This document shows, in pieces, positions 16,555 to 27,060 of a stretch of DNA of 39,757 bases. Numbering within the stretch: position 1 is the stretch's first letter; the number at the start of each line of letters is the position of its first letter. The notes under the pieces are model-generated. The model was not told the DNA's origin and searched no databases. It worked only from the letters and a program-made list of their open reading frames with translations. The stretch comes from a virus (Duplodnaviria > Heunggongvirae > Uroviricota > Caudoviricetes): the IMG/VR virus record IMGVR_UViG_2541047752_000002; one strand, 5' to 3'. The translations under genes were made by a program, and so were the position numbers.

Positions 16555-16908
16555 TCATCGATAGAAAAACTTTACGGCCCACTCGTAAACCGCTTTGTAA
16601 ATCGGTTCATGGTAAATACTATCGATACTATTCAGATGTGCGATCATCGCCTCCACAGTTGTAGTGGTTGTTTCTAATATTTCGATTATTGCAGGGCGGT
16701 CATCATCTTCATCGAAGTATTCGAACAGCAGTACAGGTTTACCATGCCATTCAGCATCTGAGACTCTAAGGTTACAACTACCGCTCAACTCAAAGTGAAT
16801 TTTGTAATTACCTTCTACAGAATGGCCTACGGGGAAAAAGCATAGGGTGTCATCTTTGTTTAAAAGCCATTCCAATTCATAACTATTCATTTGTGAACTC
16901 CTGTTCAT
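16555..16908 (-). CDS. Hypothetical acidic protein (117 aa) upstream of the 211-aa ORF
   Basis: Co-oriented with the 211-aa ORF, 43-bp gap; acidic stretch FEYFDEDDDRPAIIEILETTTTT; no recognisable domain. Confidence 0.5.
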   Translation of the reverse strand: MNRSSQMNSYELEWLLNKDDTLCFFPVGHSVEGNYKIHFELSGSCNLRVSDAEWHGKPVLLFEYFDEDDDRPAIIEILETTTTTVEAMIAHLNSIDSIYHEPIYKAVYEWAVKFFYR

Positions 16909-17040
16909 TGAGTTTCAACAACTATCAACTACATCCAGCGAAGCATAAAAGATCGTTTATGGCAAAACCGGAGTGGAGTGCGATTCGATTCTGAGAAGGA
17001 TGCCACGTATCGCACGCGAACCATCCAAGAGGATTATGCA

Positions 17041-17391
17041 ATGCCACCACGAACCCCAAAAGCCTGCCGCGTTCGCGGCTGCCCCCATACCACCACTGAC
17101 TCGTCAGGCTATTGCGAAAGCCACAAAAGCGAAGGCTGGAAGCAATACAAGCCAGGCCAGTCCCGTCATCAGCGCGGCTACGGTTCGAAGTGGGACTGTA
17201 TCCGCGCGCGTGTCCTGAAGCGTGACAAAGGCCTGTGTCAGTTATGTCTGCGTGCTGGTGTGGTGCGTGAGGCGAAAACCGTTGACCACATCATCCCTAA
17301 AGCGCGTGGCGGCACTGATGCCGACAGTAATCTACAGAGCCTGTGTTGGCCGTGTCATAAGGCGAAGACGGCCCGTGAATGGCTGAAGTAA
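17041..17391 (+). CDS. HNH endonuclease (terminase-associated)
   Basis: Start at ATG 17041 (MPPRTPKACRVRGCPH…); Cys-rich HNH motifs (…CQLCLRAG…DHIIPKARGG…LQSLCWPCHKAK…); directly upstream of terminase small subunit. Confidence 0.8.
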   Translation: MPPRTPKACRVRGCPHTTTDSSGYCESHKSEGWKQYKPGQSRHQRGYGSKWDCIRARVLKRDKGLCQLCLRAGVVREAKTVDHIIPKARGGTDADSNLQSLCWPCHKAKTAREWLK

Positions 17392-17507
17392 GAACCAGTT
17401 CCCACTGCCAGAGGGGAGGGGCGGGTCAAATCCCTGTGACCTGACGTCTTCCGGACTGCCCGCCCCATCGTTTTTTTATACCCGCGAAAAATGAAATTTA
17501 ACCAGGA

Positions 17508-18011
17508 GTGCCGCATATGGCTGGAACGGCGGGGCGTTCCGGGCGTCGCCCCAAGCCAACGGCGCGCAAGGCGCTGGCCGGAAACCCCGGCAAGCGAGCC
17601 CTGAACAAAGATGAACCCGTTTTTACGCCCATCAAAGGTGTTGAGCCACCGGAGTGGTTCGCTGAAGAAGAGCTCCCTCTCGCCACGATCATGTGGCAAC
17701 TGACAACCAAAGAACTCTGCGGTCAGGGCCTGCTGTGCGTGACTGACCTCGCAGTGCTTGAGCGGTGGTGCGTAGCCTATGAGTTCTGGCGACGTGCTGT
17801 GAAAAATATTGCCAGACAGGGCAACACCATCACCGGTGCAATGGGCGGCATGGTCAAAAATCCGGAGCTGACCGCCAAAAAAGAACAGGAGTCCGAGATG
17901 AGCAGTACGGGGGCAATGCTCGGACTCGACCCCAGCAGCCGCCAGCGTCTGATTGGCCTGGCGGGGCAGAAGAAAGCCACTAACCCGTTTCTGAAAATTA
18001 TCGAATCATGA
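17508..18011 (+). CDS. Terminase small subunit
   Basis: 167-aa ORF immediately upstream of and overlapping the large terminase gene. Confidence 0.7.
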   Translation: MPHMAGTAGRSGRRPKPTARKALAGNPGKRALNKDEPVFTPIKGVEPPEWFAEEELPLATIMWQLTTKELCGQGLLCVTDLAVLERWCVAYEFWRRAVKNIARQGNTITGAMGGMVKNPELTAKKEQESEMSSTGAMLGLDPSSRQRLIGLAGQKKATNPFLKIIES

Positions 18012-19741
18012 GCCGGAAATCTTACCCCAACGTAAATGCTGCCAATCAGTATGCCCGGGATGTCGTGCGCGGAAAGATTGTGGCCTGCCAGTTTGTGATT
18101 CAGGCCTGCCAGCGCCATCTTGATGACCTGATGGCGGAAAAAAGTAAGTCGTTTCGTTTCCGCTTCGACAAGGACCTGGCTGAACGGGCCGCCAAATTTA
18201 TTCAGCTGTTGCCGCACACCAAGGGTGAGTGGGCATTCAAGAGGATGCCCATCACGCTGGAGCCGTGGCAGCTCTTTGTGATCTGCTGCGCGTTTGGCTG
18301 GGTCAATAAAGGCTCCCGGCTGCGCCGCTTCCGGGAGGTGTATACCGAAATCCCCCGTAAGAACGGCAAATCGGCAATCTCTGCCGGTGTCGCCCTGTAT
18401 TGTTTTGCCTGTGATAACGAGTTCGGCGCGGAAGTGTATTCCGGTGCCACGACGGAGAAACAGGCATGGGAAGTCTTTCGTCCGGCAAGACTGATGTGTA
18501 AACGCACACCCATGCTGACGGAAGCGTTCGGGATTGAGGTTAACGCCTCAAACATGAATCGTCCGGAGGATGGCGCGCGGTTTGAACCGCTGATCGGTAA
18601 CCCCGGTGATGGTTCATCACCCCACTGTGCGGTGGTGGATGAATATCACGAGCACGCCACCGATGCGCTTTACACCACGATGCTTACCGGGATGGGGGCG
18701 CGACGTCAGCCACTGATGTGGGCCATTACTACTGCCGGGTACAACATTGAGGGGCCGTGCTACGACAAGCGGCGGGAAGTTATCGAGATGCTCAACGGGT
18801 CGGTACCCAACGATGAACTGTTCGGGATCATCTATACCGTTGACGAAGGCGATGACTGGACCGACCCGCAGGTGCTGGAAAAAGCTAACCCGAATATTGG
18901 CGTGTCGGTTTATCGCGAATTTTTGTTAAGTCAGCAGCAGCGTGCGAAAAATAACGCCCGTCTGGCAAACGTCTTTAAAACAAAACACCTCAATATCTGG
19001 GTGTCGGCGCGTTCGGCGTATTTCAACCTGGTGAGCTGGCAGAGCTGCGAGGATAAATCACTGACCCTTGAGCAGTTCGAGGGGCAGCCGTGCATTCTGG
19101 CCTTTGACCTGGCGCGTAAGCTGGATATGAACAGCATGGCGCGACTTTATACCCGCGAGATTGACGGTAAAACGCATTACTACAGTGTGGCCCCGCGTTT
19201 TTGGGTACCGTATGACACGGTGTACAGCGTCGAGAAAAATGAAGATCGACGGACAGCCGAACGCTTTCAGAAATGGGTGGAAATGGGCGTTCTGACCGTT
19301 ACCGATGGTGCGGAGGTGGATTATCGCTACATCCTCGAGGAGGCCAAAGCGGCGAACAAAATCAGCCCGGTCAGTGAGTCACCCATCGACCCCTTCGGGG
19401 CGACCGGGTTGTCACATGACCTTGCTGATGAAGACCTGAACCCCATCACTATCATTCAGAACTACACCAACATGTCCGACCCGATGAAAGAGCTGGAAGC
19501 GGCAATTGAATCGGGGCGCTTTCATCATGATGGCAATTCCATCATGACCTGGTGTATCGGCAACGTGGTCGGCAAAACCATTCCGGGTAACGATGATGTG
19601 GTGAAGCCCGTCAAAGAGCAGGCGGAAAACAAAATCGATGGTGCAGTTGCGCTGATTATGGCGGTTGGCAGAGCCATGATGTACGAGAAAGAAGACACGC
19701 TGTCTGACCACATTGAGTCCTATGGGATCCGCTCGCTTTAA
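18008..19741 (+). CDS. Terminase large subunit
   Basis: 577-aa ORF with ATPase-like region, followed by portal, protease and capsid genes. Confidence 0.85.
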
Positions 19742-19752
19742 CTGAGGTAATT

Positions 19753-19935
19753 ATGATCATGCTGATTCTCGCGCCTCTGGTGGGCGTGCTGGGGGCGCTT
19801 TTGCTGGCGTATGGTGCCTGGCTGATTTATCCCCCGGCGGGGTTTGTTGTTGCCGGGGCGTTGTGCCTGTTCTGGTCGTGGCTGGTGGCGCGATATCTCG
19901 ACCGTACACAGTCGTCTGTCGGCGGAGGTAAATAG
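19753..19935 (+). CDS. Small hydrophobic protein (two predicted transmembrane helices)
   Basis: 60-aa ORF with GAGGT Shine-Dalgarno 5 nt upstream; fills the gap between terminase and portal. Confidence 0.5.
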
Positions 19936-21176
19936 TGTTCTTTTCGGGATTATTTCAACGAAAAAGTGACGCACCGGTGACCACGCCAGCAGAGCTGGCG
20001 GATGCTATCGGGTTGTCCTACGACACCTATACCGGAAAGCAGATCAGCAGCCAGCGGGCCATGCGACTGACGGCGGTTTTTTCCTGTGTCAGGGTGCTGG
20101 CGGAGTCGGTCGGGATGTTGCCCTGCAACCTGTATCACCTGAACGGCAGCCTGAAGCAGAGAGCCACTGGCGAACGTCTGCATAAGCTGATCTCCACGCA
20201 TCCCAATGGCTATATGACGCCGCAGGAGTTCTGGGAGCTGGTGGTCACCTGTCTGTGCCTGCGGGGAAACTTTTACGCCTACAAAGTGAAAGCATTTGGC
20301 GAAGTGGCTGAACTGCTGCCCGTCGATCCCGGCTGTGTGGTACCGAAGCTTAACAGTAGCTGGGAGCCGGTCTATCAGGTCACATTCCCGGATGGCTCCA
20401 CGGATGTACTGAGCCAGGAGGATATCTGGCATGTGCGCACGCTGACGCTGGACGGACTGGTGGGGCTGAATCCCATCGCCTATGCCCGCGAGGCAATATC
20501 GCTGGCGGCAGCGACCGAAGAGCACGGGGCCAGACTGTTCAGCAATGGCGCGGTGACGTCGGGTGTGTTGCGTACAGAGCAGACGCTGTCAGATCAGGCT
20601 TACGAGCGCCTGAAGAAAGATTTTGAGGAGCGTCACACCGGGCTTGGCAATGCTCACCGCCCGATGATCCTTGAGATGGGGCTGGACTGGAAGTCGATGG
20701 CGCTGAACGCCGAGGACAGCCAGTTCCTGGAAACCCGCAAGTTTCAGCTTGAAGAAATCTGTCGTCTGTTCCGGGTGCCATTGCACATGGTGCAGAACAC
20801 CGATCGCGCCACCTTCAACAATATCGAAGAGCTGGGGCTGGGATTTATCAACTATTCACTGGTGCCGTATCTGACCCGCATTGAGCAGCGGATCAACACC
20901 GGACTGGTACGAAAAAGTAAGCAGGGCGTTTATTACGCCAAATTTAACGCCGGGGCCTTACTGCGCGGGGATATGAAGTCCCGTTTTGAAGCCTACGCCA
21001 CTGGGATCAACTGGGGAATTTACTCTCCCAATGACTGCCGCGACCTGGAAGATATGAATCCGCGTCCCGGTGGTGATGTCTATCTCACACCGATGAACAT
21101 GACCACGAAACCCTCCGATGGCAGTAAAGCCGGTAAGCAGAAGGATAACGCCAATGCAGACGAAACAACGTCTTGA
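19935..21176 (+). CDS. Portal protein (HK97-type)
   Basis: 413-aa ORF between terminase and prohead protease; GTG start. Confidence 0.8.
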   Translation: MFFSGLFQRKSDAPVTTPAELADAIGLSYDTYTGKQISSQRAMRLTAVFSCVRVLAESVGMLPCNLYHLNGSLKQRATGERLHKLISTHPNGYMTPQEFWELVVTCLCLRGNFYAYKVKAFGEVAELLPVDPGCVVPKLNSSWEPVYQVTFPDGSTDVLSQEDIWHVRTLTLDGLVGLNPIAYAREAISLAAATEEHGARLFSNGAVTSGVLRTEQTLSDQAYERLKKDFEERHTGLGNAHRPMILEMGLDWKSMALNAEDSQFLETRKFQLEEICRLFRVPLHMVQNTDRATFNNIEELGLGFINYSLVPYLTRIEQRINTGLVRKSKQGVYYAKFNAGALLRGDMKSRFEAYATGINWGIYSPNDCRDLEDMNPRPGGDVYLTPMNMTTKPSDGSKAGKQKDNANADETTS

Positions 21177-21804
21177 TGTACCGCTGAGTCTGAAATCTGT
21201 CAGTGATTCCGGTGAGTTTGAAGGGTATGGCTCCGTCTTTGGTGTAAAGGACAGCCACGATGATGTGGTGATGTCAGGGGCATTTGCCGCTTCCCTGCGG
21301 GCGTGGAGTGACAGAAAAGCGTTACCTGCGCTGCTCTGGCAGCACCGCATGGATGAGCCCATCGGTGTTTACACCGAAATGAAGGAAGACGATGTCGGGC
21401 TTTACGTCAGGGGGCGGTTGCTCATTGATGATGATCCCCTCGCAAAACGCGCACATGCACACATGAAGGCCGGTTCGTTAACCGGCCTTTCTATTGGGTA
21501 CGTCCTGAAAGACTGGGAATACGACCGGAGCAAAGAAGCCTTTCTGCTGAAAGAAATCGACCTCTGGGAAGTCAGTCTGGTGACGTTCCCGTCTAACGAC
21601 GAGGCGCGGATCAGCGACGTCAAGAACGCACTGGCCCGCGGGGAAATCCCCGAACAGAAAAAAATCGAAAGAGTCCTGCGTGATGTCGGACTCTCCCGTA
21701 CCCAGGCCAAAGCATTCATGGCCGGGGGCTATGGCGCACTGTCCCTGCGCGACGCTGAGGATGTGGGCTCTGCACTGAATGCACTGAAAAATCTGAACTT
21801 CTAA
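21154..21804 (+). CDS. Prohead maturation protease (HK97-type)
   Basis: Start at ATG 21154 with AAGGA Shine-Dalgarno; position between portal and major capsid. Confidence 0.75.
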   Translation: MQTKQRLDVPLSLKSVSDSGEFEGYGSVFGVKDSHDDVVMSGAFAASLRAWSDRKALPALLWQHRMDEPIGVYTEMKEDDVGLYVRGRLLIDDDPLAKRAHAHMKAGSLTGLSIGYVLKDWEYDRSKEAFLLKEIDLWEVSLVTFPSNDEARISDVKNALARGEIPEQKKIERVLRDVGLSRTQAKAFMAGGYGALSLRDAEDVGSALNALKNLNF

Positions 21805-21818
21805 TCAGGAGAAATACG

Positions 21819-23024
21819 ATGGCGGTTGATATTAAAGATGTCGAACAGGTCGCGCAGGAGCTGCAGCAGAAGTTTGACGACTTCAAGGCAAAGAACGACA
21901 AGCGCGTGGATGCGATTGAGCAGGAAAAAGGCAAGCTTGCCGGGCAGGTGGAAACCCTGAACGGGAAACTCAGCGAGCTGGAAAATCTCAAAAGCGACCT
22001 TGAAAAAGAGCTGCTTGAGCTGAAACGTCCGGCAGGTGGAGCGCAAAATAAACTGGCCACCGAGCATAAAGAGGCGTTTGTGGGCTTCCTGCGTAAAGGC
22101 CGTGAAGACGGTCTGCGCGATCTGGAGCGTAAGGCATTGCAGGTGGGTACCGATGAAGACGGTGGCTACGCCGTGCCGGAAGAACTGGATCGCAACATTC
22201 TTAACCTGCTGAAAGATGAAGTGGTGATGCGTCAGGAAGCCACGGTGATCACCGTTGGCGGTTCCGACTACAAAAAACTGGTGAATCTGGGCGGTACGGC
22301 TTCCGGATGGGTGGGGGAAACGGATACGCGATCCCAGACTGCCACCTCCAGACTGGAGCTGATTGAACCTCTCATGGGGGAAATCTACGGCAACCCGCAG
22401 GCTACCCAGAAAATGCTGGACGATGCCTTCTTCAACGTGGAGGCCTGGATCAACAGCGAGCTGGCAACCGAATTTGCCGAACAGGAAGAAATTGCCTTTA
22501 CCTCAGGCGATGGCACCAAGAAGCCGAAAGGGTTCCTGGCGTATGAATCCACTGATGAAACCGACAAGGTCCGGGCGTTCGGCAAACTTCAGCATATTGT
22601 ATCCGGCGAAGCGACCGCGGTGACCGCAGACGCCATTATCAAACTGATTTACACGCTGCGTAAGGCACACCGCACTGGCGCGAAGTTCATGATGAACAAC
22701 AACAGCCTGTTTGCCATCCGTCTGCTGAAAGACACCGAGGGTAACTATCTGTGGCGTCCGGGGCTGGAACTGGGGCAGCCGTCCTCTCTGGCGGGTTACG
22801 GTATCGCTGAAAACGAACAGATGCCGGATATCGCCGCTGATGCGAAAGCCATTGCATTTGGTAACTTCAAACGGGGTTACACCATCGTTGACCGTATCGG
22901 CACCCGCATTCTGCGTGACCCGTACACCAATAAACCGTTTGTCGGTTTTTATACCACCAAGCGCACCGGCGGGATGCTGGTCGATTCGCAGGCCATCAAA
23001 CTGCTGAAGATTGCAGCGGCGTAA
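21819..23024 (+). CDS. Major capsid protein (HK97 fold) with N-terminal coiled-coil scaffolding domain
   Basis: 401-aa ORF; N-terminal ~100 aa coiled-coil; followed by a GC-rich hairpin. Confidence 0.85.
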   Translation: MAVDIKDVEQVAQELQQKFDDFKAKNDKRVDAIEQEKGKLAGQVETLNGKLSELENLKSDLEKELLELKRPAGGAQNKLATEHKEAFVGFLRKGREDGLRDLERKALQVGTDEDGGYAVPEELDRNILNLLKDEVVMRQEATVITVGGSDYKKLVNLGGTASGWVGETDTRSQTATSRLELIEPLMGEIYGNPQATQKMLDDAFFNVEAWINSELATEFAEQEEIAFTSGDGTKKPKGFLAYESTDETDKVRAFGKLQHIVSGEATAVTADAIIKLIYTLRKAHRTGAKFMMNNNSLFAIRLLKDTEGNYLWRPGLELGQPSSLAGYGIAENEQMPDIAADAKAIAFGNFKRGYTIVDRIGTRILRDPYTNKPFVGFYTTKRTGGMLVDSQAIKLLKIAAA

Positions 23025-23031
23025 TCACTCA

Positions 23032-23051
23032 GGGGCGCGGAACCGCGCCCC
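23032..23051 (+). terminator. GC-rich hairpin after the capsid gene (attenuator candidate)
   Basis: GGGGCGCGG-AA-CCGCGCCCC inverted repeat; weak T-tract. Confidence 0.4.
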
Positions 23052-23073
23052 CTGTTCTGACGGGTGAAGAATC

Positions 23074-23274
23074 ATGATCCTGAAACAAGATCTGAAATGG
23101 TCACCGGACGGTATGCGTGTTGAGGTCATTCAGGCCGGTGAGTATGACGACGGGGCGCTTCCTGCCCGGGTGCAGGAGATTGCACTTCAGGCCGGGTTAG
23201 CAGAGCGCGGAATCAGTGCAAAAAGCAGTAAAGCGGCAAAAGAGAAAAAAGCCACGACCAGTAAAGAGGGCTGA
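23074..23274 (+). CDS. Hypothetical head-module protein (66 aa)
   Basis: ORF in head gene block; Lys-rich C-terminus. Confidence 0.5.
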   Translation: MILKQDLKWSPDGMRVEVIQAGEYDDGALPARVQEIALQAGLAERGISAKSSKAAKEKKATTSKEG

Positions 23275-23276
23275 GT

Positions 23277-23600
23277 ATGCTTCTGACAATGGAAGAGATT
23301 AAAGCCCAACTCCGGCTGGATGAGGATTTCGATACTGATGACCGCCATCTGCAACTGCTGGCATGTGCGGCACAAAAGCGGACGGAAACGTATCTGAACC
23401 GGAAGCTCTATGCACCGGATGAAACCATTCCGGACAGCGATCCGGATGGGCTGCACCTGCCGGATGATATTCGTCTGGGGATGCTGATGCTTATCAGCCA
23501 TTTTTACGAAAACCGCTCGTCGGTTACGGAAGTGGAGAAACTCGACATGCCGCAGAGTTTTGGCTGGCTTGTCGGCCCGTACAGGTACTTTCCGCAATGA
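23277..23600 (+). CDS. Head-tail connector protein (gp6-like)
   Basis: 107-aa ORF in conserved position after the capsid gene. Confidence 0.6.
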   Translation: MLLTMEEIKAQLRLDEDFDTDDRHLQLLACAAQKRTETYLNRKLYAPDETIPDSDPDGLHLPDDIRLGMLMLISHFYENRSSVTEVEKLDMPQSFGWLVGPYRYFPQ

Positions 23601-24007
23601 AAATTCGTCAGGCGCAGACCAGCGCAACCTACATTCTGCCGGACCCCGGTGAACTGAATAAACGCGTCCTGATCCGCCTGCGGGTGGATATGCCCGCGGA
23701 TAACTTTGGCGTGGAGCCTCAATACCCGGTTACGTTCCGGACATGGGCGAAGGTTATCCAGACCAGTGCCACCACCTGGCAGGAAACCGCGCAGACCGGG
23801 GACGCCATCACCCATTACATCACCATTCGTTACCGCCGGGGGATCAGCGCTGATTATGAGGTGGTCTGCGGTGACAGTGTGTACCGGGTGAAACGTCAGC
23901 GCGATCTGAACGGGGCGCGGCGCTTTCTGCTGCTGGAGTGTACGGAGCTGGGCGAATGTAGGCAGAGTCACGGAGGCAACAATGACGACTTCCTTTTTGC
24001 ACGTTGA
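23597..24007 (+). CDS. Head closure / head-tail adaptor protein
   Basis: 136-aa ORF overlapping neighbours by 4 bp. Confidence 0.6.
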   Translation: MKIRQAQTSATYILPDPGELNKRVLIRLRVDMPADNFGVEPQYPVTFRTWAKVIQTSATTWQETAQTGDAITHYITIRYRRGISADYEVVCGDSVYRVKRQRDLNGARRFLLLECTELGECRQSHGGNNDDFLFAR

Positions 24008-24488
24008 TTTTCAGCAGCCCGCGGAGATACGCTTTAACCGCGCCCGTGTCCGGCGGGCGTTTGTCACGATTGGTCAGCGTCATATGCGTGATGCCCGTCG
24101 GCTGGTGATGCGCCGTGCGCGGTCGGCACCGGGTGAAAACCCCGGTTATCAGACCGGACGCCTGGCTCGTTCGATTGGTTACATGGTACCCAGAGCCAGT
24201 AAACATCGCCCTGGTTTTATGGCACGTATAGCCCCTAACCAGCGTAATGGAGAGGGAAACCGCCGTATCACCGGTGATTTTTATCCGGCTTTTTTGTTCT
24301 ATGGCGTGAGGCGAGGGGCAAAGCGTCGTCGCAGCAATCATCGTGGTGCATCCGGTGGCAGCGGCTGGCGACTGGCTCCACGTAATAACTTCATGGTGGA
24401 AACTCTTGAAAAGAACCGCAGCTGGACACGCTATTTTCTGGCGCGGGAATTGCGTAAATCACTGAAGCCGGAGCGACGACACAGATGA
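23982..24488 (+). CDS. Head-tail joining protein (HK97 gp10-like), basic
   Basis: 168-aa Arg-rich ORF in the neck module. Confidence 0.55.
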   Translation: MTTSFLHVDFQQPAEIRFNRARVRRAFVTIGQRHMRDARRLVMRRARSAPGENPGYQTGRLARSIGYMVPRASKHRPGFMARIAPNQRNGEGNRRITGDFYPAFLFYGVRRGAKRRRSNHRGASGGSGWRLAPRNNFMVETLEKNRSWTRYFLARELRKSLKPERRHR

Positions 24489-25045
24489 AACTGACGCCTG
24501 TTATTGCTGCACTGCGTGCCCGCTGTCCGTATTTTGAGAACCGGGTTGCAGGCGCGGCCCAGTTCAAAAATCTGCCGGAGGTCGGAAAGCTGAAACTCCC
24601 GGCGGCATATGTTGTACCGGGTGATGATTCTCCGGGAGAAAACAAAAGCCAGACCGACTACTGGCAGGAGCTGAAAGAGGGTTTCTCCGTGGTTGTCATA
24701 CTGAGTAACGGGCGTGATGAGCGCGGTCAGTTTGCCTCGTATGATGTGGTGGGCGATGTCCGGCAGATGCTCTTTAAGGCTCTGCTGGGCTGGAACCCGG
24801 AGGCGTGCGGTAACCCGATTACCTATGACGGCGGCACGCTGCTGGATCTGAATCGTCATGAGCTGATTTATCAGTTCGATTTTTCGGTCATCAGCGAGCT
24901 GACCGAAGACGATACCCGCCAGCAGGATGACCTGAACAGTCTGGATGAACTGCGAACGCTGGCGATTGATGTTGATTATCTCGATCCCGGTAACGGGCCT
25001 GACGGCGATATTGAACATCACACCGAAATAACCCTTCCTTCCTGA
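24485..25045 (+). CDS. Neck/tail terminator protein (Mu Gp37-like)
   Basis: 186-aa ORF immediately upstream of the tail sheath module. Confidence 0.55.
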   Translation: MKLTPVIAALRARCPYFENRVAGAAQFKNLPEVGKLKLPAAYVVPGDDSPGENKSQTDYWQELKEGFSVVVILSNGRDERGQFASYDVVGDVRQMLFKALLGWNPEACGNPITYDGGTLLDLNRHELIYQFDFSVISELTEDDTRQQDDLNSLDELRTLAIDVDYLDPGNGPDGDIEHHTEITLPS

Positions 25046-25053
25046 GAATCTTC

Positions 25054-25224
25054 ATGTTTGTGAAACCTGTTAAAGGGCGGTCAGTTCCTGACCCTGCCCG
25101 CGGCGACCTTTTGCCCGCCGAAGGGCGAAATGTTGACGAGAACAACTACTGGCTGCGCCGTGAAGCAGCGGGTGATATCCGGCGCGTGAATAAAAAGGTG
25201 AACACCGATGACGATAAGCTTTAA
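25054..25224 (+). CDS. Small conserved protein preceding the tail sheath (56 aa)
   Basis: ORF below the track's 60-aa cut-off (MFVKPVKGRSVPDPARGDLLPAEGRNVDENNYWLRREAAGDIRRVNKKVNTDDDKL); overlaps sheath start. Confidence 0.5.
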   Translation: MFVKPVKGRSVPDPARGDLLPAEGRNVDENNYWLRREAAGDIRRVNKKVNTDDDKL

Positions 25225-26704
25225 CACCATTCCGTCGAATACGCTGGTTCCGCTGTTTTATGCGGAAATGGATAACCAGGCGGCGAATACTGCACAGGAC
25301 AGCGGAGCATCGCTGCTGATTGGTCATGCCAATAACGGTGCAGAGATTGTTGCCAACAGTCTGGTACTGATGCCGTCGGCAGACTATGCACGCCAGATTT
25401 GTGGTGCGGGAAGTCAGCTGGCGCGTATGGTCGAGGCTTATCGCCAGACTGACCCGTTTGGCGAGCTGTATGTGATTGCCGTTCCGGAAGCCACAGGCGC
25501 GGCGGCAACGGTTACGCTGACGGTGACCGGGGCAGCAACCGAAACCGGCACGGTGAATGTGTATGTGGGACGTACCCGCGTGCAGGCACCGGTGACCAAC
25601 GGCGATAACGTCACGACGATTGCCGGCAGTATCCAGGATGCCATCAATGCCGTTCCGGCCCTGCCGTTTACGGCCTCATCTTCGGCAGGCGTGGTCACAC
25701 TGACCGCGCGTCATAAGGGGCTTTGCGGGAATGAAATTCCTGTCAGCCTCAATTACTACGGCTTTGGTGGGGGCGAAGTGCTGCCAGCGGGCGTACAGAT
25801 TGCCGTGGCGACGGGGAGCGCCGGAACGGGCGCTCCGGTTCTCACCGGTGCGGTGGCTGCAATGGCGGATGAGCCGTTTGATTATATCGGTCTGCCGTTC
25901 AACGACACGGCCTCCGTTAACACGCTGGTGACCGAGATGAACGATACCAGCGGTCGCTGGAGCTATGCGCGTCAGCTGTATGGTCATGTGTATACGGCAA
26001 AGATCGGCACGCTGTCAGAACTGGTGACCGCAGGTGACCAGTTTAACCAGCAGCACATTACCCTGGCGGGATACGAAAAAGACACTCAGACGCCAGCCGA
26101 CGAGCTGGCGGCAAGCCGTACCGCCCGCGCAGCGGTGTTTATTCGCAACGATCCGGCACGGCCCACGCAGACCGGTGAGCTGGTGGGTATGCTGCCTGCG
26201 CCGAAGGGGAAACGGTTCACGATGACCGAGCAACAGACCCTGCTGTCTCATGGCGTGGCAACGGCGTATGTCGAAAGCGGGGGGCTGCGCATTCAGCGTG
26301 ATGTCACCACGTACAGGAAAAATGCTTACGGGGTTGCGGATAACAGCTACCTCGACAGCGAGACGCTGCATACCAGTGCGTATGTACTGCGCAAACTGAA
26401 ATCCGTCATTACCAGTAAGTACGGGCGTCACAAGCTTGCCAGCGACGGTACCCGCTTTGGTCCCGGTCAGGCGATTGTCACTCCGGCGGTAATCAAAGGG
26501 GAACTGCTGGCAACCTACCGTCAGCTTGAGCGTGCGGGGATCGTGGAAAACTACGAACTGTTTAAGCAGTACCTGGTTGTGGAGCGTGATGCCAGCGATC
26601 CGAACCGCCTGAACACGCTGTTCCCGCCTGACTATGTTAACCAGTTGCGTGTTTTTGCCGTGGTTAACCAGTTCCGTCTTCAGTATTCAGAGGAGTCTGC
26701 ATAA
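25208..26704 (+). CDS. Contractile tail sheath protein (Mu gpL-like)
   Basis: 498-aa ORF followed by tube, chaperone and tape measure genes. Confidence 0.85.
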   Translation: MTISFNTIPSNTLVPLFYAEMDNQAANTAQDSGASLLIGHANNGAEIVANSLVLMPSADYARQICGAGSQLARMVEAYRQTDPFGELYVIAVPEATGAAATVTLTVTGAATETGTVNVYVGRTRVQAPVTNGDNVTTIAGSIQDAINAVPALPFTASSSAGVVTLTARHKGLCGNEIPVSLNYYGFGGGEVLPAGVQIAVATGSAGTGAPVLTGAVAAMADEPFDYIGLPFNDTASVNTLVTEMNDTSGRWSYARQLYGHVYTAKIGTLSELVTAGDQFNQQHITLAGYEKDTQTPADELAASRTARAAVFIRNDPARPTQTGELVGMLPAPKGKRFTMTEQQTLLSHGVATAYVESGGLRIQRDVTTYRKNAYGVADNSYLDSETLHTSAYVLRKLKSVITSKYGRHKLASDGTRFGPGQAIVTPAVIKGELLATYRQLERAGIVENYELFKQYLVVERDASDPNRLNTLFPPDYVNQLRVFAVVNQFRLQYSEESA

Positions 26705-27060
26705 TGGCCCGTATCGGGGGAACCTGTTATTTCAAAATTGACGGTCAGCAGCTATCGCTGACCGGCGGCATTGAGGTGCCTATGAACAGGACGGTCAATG
26801 ATGACATCATCGGCCTGGACGGTTCAGTGGACCGCAAGGAAACTCACCGTGCGCCTTATGTCAAAGGGACCTTCAAGGTGCCGAAGAATTTTCCGGTGAG
26901 CAAAATCACCTCGTCTGATGAGATGACCATCACTGCCGAGCTGGCGAACGGTCAGGTCTATGTATTGTCGTCAGCCTGGCTGCACGGCGAAGCGAACCAT
27001 AATGCCGAAGAAGGTACGGTTGATCTTGAGTTCCACGGTGAAGAAGGGGATTACCAGTAA
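26704..27060 (+). CDS. Tail tube protein
   Basis: 118-aa ORF directly after the sheath gene. Confidence 0.8.
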   Translation: MARIGGTCYFKIDGQQLSLTGGIEVPMNRTVNDDIIGLDGSVDRKETHRAPYVKGTFKVPKNFPVSKITSSDEMTITAELANGQVYVLSSAWLHGEANHNAEEGTVDLEFHGEEGDYQ

